Assembly: GCA_023260815.1 (NCBI GenBank)
Contig: JALQUE010000184.1
Span: 1 to 44,972 of the forward strand
Origin: Roseovarius sp.
Lineage (GTDB): Bacteria > Pseudomonadota > Alphaproteobacteria > Rhodobacterales > Rhodobacteraceae
Direction of reading: 5' to 3'
DNA length: 44,972 bases
The notes below the pieces were generated by a model. That model worked only from the letters and a program-made list of their open reading frames with translations. It was not told where the DNA came from and did not search any database. Within the stretch, counting starts at the first letter, position 1. Every line of letters begins with the position of its first letter. A program made the position numbers and the translations under genes. Shown here one piece after another: positions 38,381-44,972 of this stretch.

Positions 38381-39265
38381 ATGGATAACGTCGCCACCAT
38401 ATTCGATCGCTACGAAGCCGTTCGACACCGTCTGCCGTCTGCCGAATTTTCCTCGGGAACGACGGCGATCAGCTCCTTGCATGATATCGCCGACCACGCA
38501 GACGCGTTCGTTTTCGACGCGTATGGCGTGCTCAATGTTGGAGAAAGCGCAATTCCGGGGGCGTCGGGTCGCCTGGCGGATCTGCGAAGGTCCGGACACC
38601 AGATTCGTATTCTGTCCAATGCGGCAAGCTACAATCATGATGGCGCAGTGGCGAAATTCCAAAAGCTGGCCATGCATGTTGAAAGTGACGAGATTGTCAC
38701 GAGCCGCGATGCAGCGCTAGCAGGCTTTGAGGCAGGGCTGTGGGGCTGCATAACCGCACCGCAGGATGACCTTTCCGATATACCGGTGGCAACCCGACGG
38801 TTGGTCGACAACCCGTCCTGCTATGATCTTGTGGACGGTTTCCTGTTCTTGTCGACTGAGGCATGGTCCGTGGGCAGGCAGGCGCATTTGGAGAGGTCAC
38901 TGAAAAAGAACCCGAGGCCGATAATCATAGCGAATGCTGACCTTGTTGCGCCACGTGAGCATGGTTTTTCTGTCGAACCCGGTTATTTCGGGCACTTGCT
39001 TGCGGACCAGGGCTTTGACGATATCCAGTTCTATGGAAAGCCGTTTCCTGAAGTCTATGAGATGATTGAAGCTTCTCTGCCCGGGGTTCCGCCGGATCGC
39101 ATCGTTATGTGTGGTGATACCCTGCACACGGACATTCTGGGGGCTGCCGCTCGCGGGTGGAAAACTGTTCTTGTGGAAATGGACGGCCTTTTTGCGGGTC
39201 ATGACGCCAGCGCGTATTGCAGCAAGGCGCGGATACATCCAACGTGGACACTTGGTCGGATATAA
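38381..39265 (+). CDS. HAD-IIA family phosphatase
   Basis: FVFDAYGVL (motif I), LSNAA, ANADL, YGKP, MCGDTLHTDILGA. Confidence 0.9.
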   Translation: MDNVATIFDRYEAVRHRLPSAEFSSGTTAISSLHDIADHADAFVFDAYGVLNVGESAIPGASGRLADLRRSGHQIRILSNAASYNHDGAVAKFQKLAMHVESDEIVTSRDAALAGFEAGLWGCITAPQDDLSDIPVATRRLVDNPSCYDLVDGFLFLSTEAWSVGRQAHLERSLKKNPRPIIIANADLVAPREHGFSVEPGYFGHLLADQGFDDIQFYGKPFPEVYEMIEASLPGVPPDRIVMCGDTLHTDILGAAARGWKTVLVEMDGLFAGHDASAYCSKARIHPTWTLGRI

Positions 39266-39330
39266 AGCTGGTTGACCATTCAGCCAAAAGTATGGCGTGG
39301 GTTGTTGCATTAACGCGTAAACCGCGAAAC

Positions 39331-39871
39331 TGAGGTGCCACCCGAAAACTGGACACTGACATAGGCTCCAAGTTGCTGTCTGCTGGTCTTCCCAGTGAAG
39401 GAGATCGACGATGTCGAAGCGAAAGCAGCATGCCCGTTAGTTCAAGGCGAACGTGGCGCTCCAGGCGTTGCACGCGGCGATCCATCGGTGCGCCCCCCAG
39501 ACATCATGAACAGTGATCGAGGATCTGAATTCACATCCTTGGCCTGAACAGACTGCCTGCGCCACTCCGGAATACGCATCTCAATGGACGGCAAAGGTCG
39601 ATCTCTGGACAATATCTTTATTGAGCACCTGTGGCGAACCGTGAAATATGAGTGCATCTATCTGCATGTTTGGGAGACCGGGCCAGTGGCACGCGCCGGT
39701 GTCCGCAACTGGATGGAGTTGTACAATGCCCGCCGCTCGCACAAAGCCCTTGGCGGGCGACGACCAACAGCGGTCTGCTCACTGTAAATCGAAGCAACGC
39801 AACCCGATCAACAGGAACAAATCAGAGCTTAAAAAGCGCCTGATCCTGTCCAAGGAATGGGGAGCACCTCA
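39331..39871 (+). mobile_element. Internally deleted IS3-family element (541 bp, both IRs retained)
   Basis: Ends TGAGGTGCCACCCGAAAACTGGACA and TGTCCAAGGAATGGGGAGCACCTCA; orfA start MSKRKQHA.*FKA.VAL joined directly to the orfB C-terminus (IMNSDRGSEFT...SMDGKGRSLDNIFIEHLWRTVKYE). Confidence 0.9.
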
Positions 39872-40002
39872 GTGCCGGAGCTGAGACGTTTGCGAAATAA
39901 AACATTACAGCTATCGAAAGCGCTTGGAAAAATAGTTGGTGGTCACGGTACTTTACCCTAAAACTTTATTCATCAATACACCAATATTTTGAGTATGTTC
40001 CG

Positions 40003-40413
40003 ATGATCAATTACATTTTTTACCACAGCACAGCAGCGCCCAATTCAACACCGGACGATGATCGTGCGATTGTTCATGCCGCTTGGCGAGCAAATCACAC
40101 TCAGAAGATCACGGGTTATCTCGTCCGCCACGGTTCAAACTATGTGCAATGGCTGGAAGGCCCAAAAGGATCGCTTGATAGGCTTTACGAAAAACTAGGT
40201 AAGGATGACCGCCACCAGGATCTTGAGATCCTGGCGTCTGGGGAAAGAGTAAATCGCGTGTTCCCGAGCTGGCTCATGGGCTTCCTGCAGCACGATGATC
40301 ATCTTTATGTTCCACTCAAAAGCGCCGAACGGGTCACAACGGATCAGGCCGAGTATGTTTTGGACATCATGAAAAGCCATGCGCAGCGCCGTCTTTGCAA
40401 GTTAGCATTGTAA
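40003..40413 (+). CDS. Stand-alone BLUF blue-light sensor
   Basis: Y-x-S, N...ITGYL, Q-x-LEG, DDRH, R-x-F-x-x-W-x-M: the photoactive Tyr/Gln/Met and flavin-binding Asn are present. Confidence 0.92.
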   Translation: MINYIFYHSTAAPNSTPDDDRAIVHAAWRANHTQKITGYLVRHGSNYVQWLEGPKGSLDRLYEKLGKDDRHQDLEILASGERVNRVFPSWLMGFLQHDDHLYVPLKSAERVTTDQAEYVLDIMKSHAQRRLCKLAL

Positions 40414-41366
40414 AAATTCGCAGGTACTTTGGGCGGCGCTGGCTTGGCGGCCTTCAACGGTTGCATCCCAAATCCTGGAGAGAGTGTAGCGAACCTCCGG
40501 CAGGGAGAGTGATGCAGAGGCGTGGAATGGCGTAACGGATTTGAACGGCTAATCTTAACCTTATGGGCTTTCGGAAGTGCTTCATGCGACACTGATTTTT
40601 AGAGGTGCGTCAGCATGCATTATTGATAATCCTGGCTTCGGTATACATATGAATACTGACGGTGGTTCTTTTCTCCCTGGGATCATCCGTGCAACTTTAG
40701 ACGGTGCATTTTCCCTTTTTGTAATGCGCCGTTTTTTTATTCATATGCAAGTACGGACGCGGGATATCGTAGTCAGTTTCAAGAAAAAGCAGCTTGGAGT
40801 CAGGTTCCGGTAAATCAAGAAGGCCATAGTGCACGTTTGACCTTAACAAAATGCGGGCGGCGCTGGATACTTTGCCTGGTAGACAAAGCTGCATGCAGTC
40901 AATTCGCAAGTGTGTGGAGGAGACCGGTAGTGTCTGGTGTAAGCTCAGCGACATGTATGGTCTGTTCAACTGTCAGCTCCATGCCATAGTCACTCTCGGC
41001 TTTGTGCGCCGCAGGGGGCAAGGCATAATTCTTATGCTATTAGAAATGCGGCGTTCCTCCGAAGGTCGGCATCACCCCGCTAGCTTCCCAATTCCATGCC
41101 CGATCGTGAATATTGGATTGGTTCAATCTGCTAAAGCGTGAATCCATGCTTTACCAAGAGTTTTGGACAAAAAACTTCACAAGGGTTTTCGTCTGTAGGG
41201 TGACGTTAACATGAACGACCTTTTGCGTTTTTTGGGGCTGCGAGACTGGGCTAAAGTGGTCATTGGATCTGCGTCCAACCTGGCTGTTGTGACGCTCTAG
41301 AAGCGCGCCACCCTTTGCAGATACGTGATCAAAAAGGAGGTCGCATGATAAAATGTCACGCAAGAG

Positions 41367-43826
41367 TCAGGGCCGATGTTCTGTCTCCTGCTGGGAATCT
41401 ACTGCAGGGTTCTGCTGGAAGTCTACTGCGTGCCGCACTGCTTGAACAAGTTGAGGTCCCGAAACTGGCTTTGGCAGAACTGCGGAAAAATATTGAAGGC
41501 TCCGTTCGTCCAAGGTGTCTGGACGCGCTGTGACCAAAACAACGGGTATTGGTGGAGTCAGGGATGTGGCGAGCTGCGCCAGAGCGACCCCGTCCATTCC
41601 CGGCATGTGGAGATCAGTTACTAACACCGACCAGTGCTCGGGCGCTTCGGTTAGAAGTTCCGTTAAAAAATCTGGATCGCTTTCACAGAACACGTTTGCC
41701 CCGGCGGCTTCGAGCATAGACGCGAAGATCAGTGCGACATCTGGCAGATCATCGACCACGAGAGCCTGCAGTCCTTCGAGCACCGACGGGTCAATTCCGG
41801 TTGAGAGGTTTGGATCTATCTGACACATGATGATCGATGGCTTTTCAGTTGCTTCGGGTTTCATGGGCCACGCGACGGTCATTGTGGTTCCGGTGCCTAA
41901 GCTCGTCTCGATCCAGAGTGCTGCCCTGTTTTCCTGCAGAATGCGGGTGACAATCGGCAACCCGAGGCCAGCGCCCCTTGAACCCTTGGTGGCGAAGTTG
42001 TTCCTGAACATACGCGCCCGCGCATCATCGGTGATGCCGGTCCCGGTGTCAGTGATCTGAAACAATGCCACCTCGGCACCGGCAGGGATCAGAATGCCCG
42101 CATCCGGATGCCGATCAGGGGGCCTGCTTTGGGCGGGTAGCGCCTTGATTTCGACCTTTGCTGGCCGGTCTGGCGTGCCGGAGTCACAGGCATTGATTGA
42201 GAGATTCAGCATCACCTGTAGGATCTCGGTTCGGTTTCCGCAGATCGGTAAGGGACCTAAAGGTTCCTGAATCTGCACCTTATGTCGCTCCACGCGCGAC
42301 CGTCCAAGCAGCTCAAGCACGACCGGAAGCAGCTTGCACAGGTCGTGTTCCAAGCGTGGAGTCTCGAATTTGGTAAGATCGCGGAGTCCCGATACGAGAT
42401 CAATCGCCATATCCACGGCACGGCGCATTCGGGTGAGGTCGTCGCCGATTTGTGCGCTGAGCGTCTCGAGAGATTCCAGCGTTTCAACGCCCCACAATAT
42501 TACTCCGAGGAGATTGTTGAGGTCATGGACAATGCCCCCCGCGACTTGAGCCACGACGTCGCGTTGGTGCGCGCGTTGCAGTTCTTCGCGCAGTTCGGCC
42601 TGATGCTCTTGTGCGCGTAGCGATCGGTCTATTTCCGCGGTGATGTCGAAGGATACCCCCGACATCGCGATTGGCTTCCCGGTCTCATCGCGTTCGCTGA
42701 TGCCGGCATGGACTTGCAGCCAAATCCATTCATTGTCGCGAATTTTGCGCAAATAGGTAAGGATATCGCTTTCCACCAAACCGGCTTCCATAGCTTCGAC
42801 TTTCTGCCGAACTTCATCGACATGGCTGGGATGAACGGTCTGAATCCATTCCTCGCTTGCCATGTCACTCACGCCGAGACGGTGACCCGCCAAAGCCGCC
42901 CAATTGGCGTCGAACTCTGACCGGCGCGACGTTAGATCGCGTCGCCAAGTATAGGCGCGTGCTGCTTTGAGAACATTTTGCAACTGTGCTTCTGCTGCTT
43001 TCTTTTGGGTGATATCGACAAGCACGCCTTCCCAGATTGTTGAGCCGTCTTCGAGTGTGCGTGGAACGGATTCAGCACGGATCCATCTCACCTCGCCTCG
43101 GACGACGACCCTTGTTTCGTGTGAAAAGGGCGCTTTGTTCGTGACGGCCTCCATGTTCCAGGCGATCCACTGCTCGAGATCGTCGGGATGTACGCAGGCA
43201 AACCCGGCCATTGGATCCGCGACGACCGCATCGCGATCGAGATCGAGCATGGTCAGGAAACGGGTGCTGAGGAAGGAGAAATACGCGATCTCCTGCCCCG
43301 GCTTGAGTACCATGGTATAGGCTCCGCCGGGCATGTGCTCGGTCAGAGCATAGGCTGTGCGCTCAGCCTTGCTGCGTTCCGTATCAAGCGCCATTCCGGA
43401 GCTCTTTTGTCCGCTGAGGTCCTGAAAGGTCATCAGAAGATGGGTGCCATGCAGCGCAAACCCGATAAGAACAATCCGGGTGCGCCCCCATTTGTCGACA
43501 AAGTTGTATTCCGACGGCGGCAGAGTCCGCCCGATCTGCCTATGTTCCTGGACTTCGGCCCAGATCCTTGCCAAGGCCACTGCGCGATATTCGGGGTCTG
43601 GATAGACCCGTTTTGCCCAGGCATCGAAGTCCGGCACTTCATCGAAAGTGTATCCGAAAATCTCGGTAAAGGCGGCGTTCACAAGATAAGTATGGTCCTC
43701 GCCTTGGATATCGCAGATGGCGGCGGGCACCGGTAACCTCTCGAAGAACGGTGCAAGTTCAAGATGTGTGCTTAGGATTTGGAAAGGAGTATTGTTCTTC
43801 ATCTTTGGCAATTCATCGGCGCTCAA
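41367..43826 (-). CDS. Cytoplasmic hybrid histidine kinase: three PAS domains, HisKA, HATPase, receiver (start uncertain; ATG 43802 alternative)
   Basis: VYPDP/VHPDD/VHPSH PAS motifs; GGIVHDLNN H-box; NLSINA, DTGTGI, FATK, GAGLGL; receiver VVDD, TDLHMPGMDG, LPKP; no TM segment. Confidence 0.93.
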   Translation of the reverse strand: MSADELPKMKNNTPFQILSTHLELAPFFERLPVPAAICDIQGEDHTYLVNAAFTEIFGYTFDEVPDFDAWAKRVYPDPEYRAVALARIWAEVQEHRQIGRTLPPSEYNFVDKWGRTRIVLIGFALHGTHLLMTFQDLSGQKSSGMALDTERSKAERTAYALTEHMPGGAYTMVLKPGQEIAYFSFLSTRFLTMLDLDRDAVVADPMAGFACVHPDDLEQWIAWNMEAVTNKAPFSHETRVVVRGEVRWIRAESVPRTLEDGSTIWEGVLVDITQKKAAEAQLQNVLKAARAYTWRRDLTSRRSEFDANWAALAGHRLGVSDMASEEWIQTVHPSHVDEVRQKVEAMEAGLVESDILTYLRKIRDNEWIWLQVHAGISERDETGKPIAMSGVSFDITAEIDRSLRAQEHQAELREELQRAHQRDVVAQVAGGIVHDLNNLLGVILWGVETLESLETLSAQIGDDLTRMRRAVDMAIDLVSGLRDLTKFETPRLEHDLCKLLPVVLELLGRSRVERHKVQIQEPLGPLPICGNRTEILQVMLNLSINACDSGTPDRPAKVEIKALPAQSRPPDRHPDAGILIPAGAEVALFQITDTGTGITDDARARMFRNNFATKGSRGAGLGLPIVTRILQENRAALWIETSLGTGTTMTVAWPMKPEATEKPSIIMCQIDPNLSTGIDPSVLEGLQALVVDDLPDVALIFASMLEAAGANVFCESDPDFLTELLTEAPEHWSVLVTDLHMPGMDGVALAQLATSLTPPIPVVLVTARPDTLDERSLQYFSAVLPKPVSGPQLVQAVRHAVDFQQNPAVDSQQETEHRP

Positions 43827-43942
43827 TACCTTAGAGCATTAGGAGGTCATTGGATAAAACTTTACGTTGTGGTTGTTGGAAAGGCTATAAGTTTGCGTGT
43901 CGCTGATAAGCCTTGAGCGTCCGGTCGTTGACGCATGGCGGT

Positions 43943-44240
43943 CTTGGTGTGGCCCAACAAACGCTCAACAGCAAGCAGGTTGTTTATTTTGTAAATTCAA
44001 GCGACTTTCGTCCACTGCATCGAATGTGTGCCAAAACCGCCCGCGTCCAGGCTGATCAACGCCACCCAATCCCGAACCAGCGGCGCATATAGGCGAGGTG
44101 AGATGTGAAACCGTTCTGGCCAGAGATACTCGGATTGGACCATCAATGGGTCTTGCGTCTCCCTGTCGAGTGACCCGTAACGTGGCTTTGAAACTCTTTG
44201 AGCCAACCGGTTTTTTCGGCTTGTTTTACTGGATTGCCGG
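43943..44240 (-). pseudogene. Tyrosine recombinase/phage integrase C-terminal remnant
   Basis: DPLMVQSEYLWPERFH...YAPLVRDWV..ISLDAGGFGTHSMQWTKVA*IYKINNLLAVERLLGHTK is a decayed GTHS(M/L)RRTK...LLGH box II region; in-frame stop at 43997-43999; catalytic Tyr region missing. Confidence 0.8.
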
Positions 44241-44429
44241 CTGTTCCTTGGTTTAGCGCGATTAGAATTGCGGTGTTTGACGGTGATGGCCAGCCCCCTC
44301 CGTTGCGCACTCTCGCGAACTGGTCGAGAAGCTGATCGCTGATGACAAGGCGAGCGTCTTTTCCGGCTGTGATATGAACTTTTCCAGCAAGAAAATTTTT
44401 CCAGATTTCGAGCGGCGCAATACCCTATT

Positions 44430-44560
44430 TGAGGTGCCCCTAGATATGTAGGCGCTTTGCGTGGTAATTTTAAAACCAAGAAGAAGCGTGGGCGTCATCG
44501 TAAAATCGGTTTACGGACGAGTTCAAAAGGGATGCTGTGGCGCAGGTTGTTGATCGGGGC
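44430..44560 (+). mobile_element. IS3-family left-end remnant with orfA fragment
   Basis: TGAGGTGCCCCTAGATATGTAG IR-like start; 44507-44560 translates RFTDEFKRDAVAQVVDRG (IS3 OrfA N-terminus). Confidence 0.75.
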
Positions 44561-44579
44561 GACATCGCTGGCCGGACGC

Positions 44580-44904
44580 GAGAGTGTCATCGACTCCGTG
44601 TATCTGGACTGGCCCATGCGGGTTTCAGATGCGGTCACGCGTTGAAACGCTCACCTTACATGATAGCGAATTGGTTTCGTGTCGCACACCATTCCCGAAC
44701 ATTCTTGCCGCCTTTCTCGAAGTTGTGGACCGCCAGATAGATCGGCTTGGTCGCTGTCTCCTCGGTCGGGAACGATCGACACGTCTTGATCGATTTGCGA
44801 ATGAGCCTGTTCAGCCTCTCGATGGCGTTCGTAGTGTAAATGATCTTTTGGAATGCCGGATCGACGGCGAAGAACGGGACCACTTTCTGACATGCCCGCC
44901 GCCA
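44580..44904 (-). mobile_element. IS256-family right end with degraded transposase C-terminus
   Basis: IR GAGAGTGTCA at 44580; VVPFFA.DP...IIYTTNAIE.LN..IRKSIKT..SFP...A.K.IYLA motif; premature TAA at 44656-44658, probable original stop 44635-44637. Confidence 0.88.
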
Positions 44905-44972
44905 GCATCTCCAGCGGCACAATGGTGGTCTTGCCGGCACCGGGTGGGGCCTGTAGAACCGCGCCGCCATGA
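44894..44972 (-). pseudogene. hrpB: N-terminal fragment of ATP-dependent helicase HrpB, truncated by fusion to the IS256 remnant
   Basis: Translates HGGAVLQAPPGAGKTTIVPLEMLAAG, the characteristic HrpB Walker A region. Only about 26 codons are visible. Confidence 0.7.

Noticed and set aside
43997-44479. 160-aa ORF as a real gene
   Set aside because: Chimeric reading across an IS3 end and an integrase remnant; integrase homology continues past its stop.
1-44972. CRISPR arrays, tRNA or rRNA genes
   Set aside because: No regularly spaced direct repeats, cloverleaf or rRNA-like segments seen by eye; a covariance-model scan was not possible.

Overview
Mosaic accessory region, probably from an alphaproteobacterium of the Rhodobacteraceae type (inferred from protein families and GC; not verifiable here). 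It consists of intact metabolic modules separated by decayed mobile-element scars (IS3, IS6, IS256, a tyrosine recombinase). Left to right: (i) an IS3 end interrupting a DUF4258-like gene that is coupled to an XRE-HTH protein; (ii) a small envelope cluster (LprI-type, DUF4893); (iii) a ParD/ParE-type toxin-antitoxin pair with a pseudogenised third gene and IS3 remnants; (iv) a GntR-controlled divergent catabolic locus: TRAP transporter, SDR, class II NAD-type HMG-CoA reductase and a fused TPP E1 alpha/beta with an internal stop on one arm, and a deoxyribonate-dehydrogenase-like SDR, lambda-crystallin-like 3-hydroxyacid dehydrogenase, BKACE cleavage enzyme and SDR on the other; (v) an acc-operon-like module: DeoR, inositol-monophosphatase family enzyme, Tat-exported Dpp-type ABC importer with one degenerate ATPase site, M20 amidohydrolase and two choline-kinase-like proteins; (vi) a Ugp-like organophosphate uptake module with metallophosphodiesterase, Na/Pi cotransporter, GlpR-type regulator and HAD phosphatase; (vii) a stand-alone BLUF protein convergent with a 3xPAS hybrid histidine kinase; (viii) integrase, IS3 and IS256 debris fused to a truncated hrpB. 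The best candidates for undescribed systems are modules iv and v. All family assignments come from motif recognition by eye; no database search was run.
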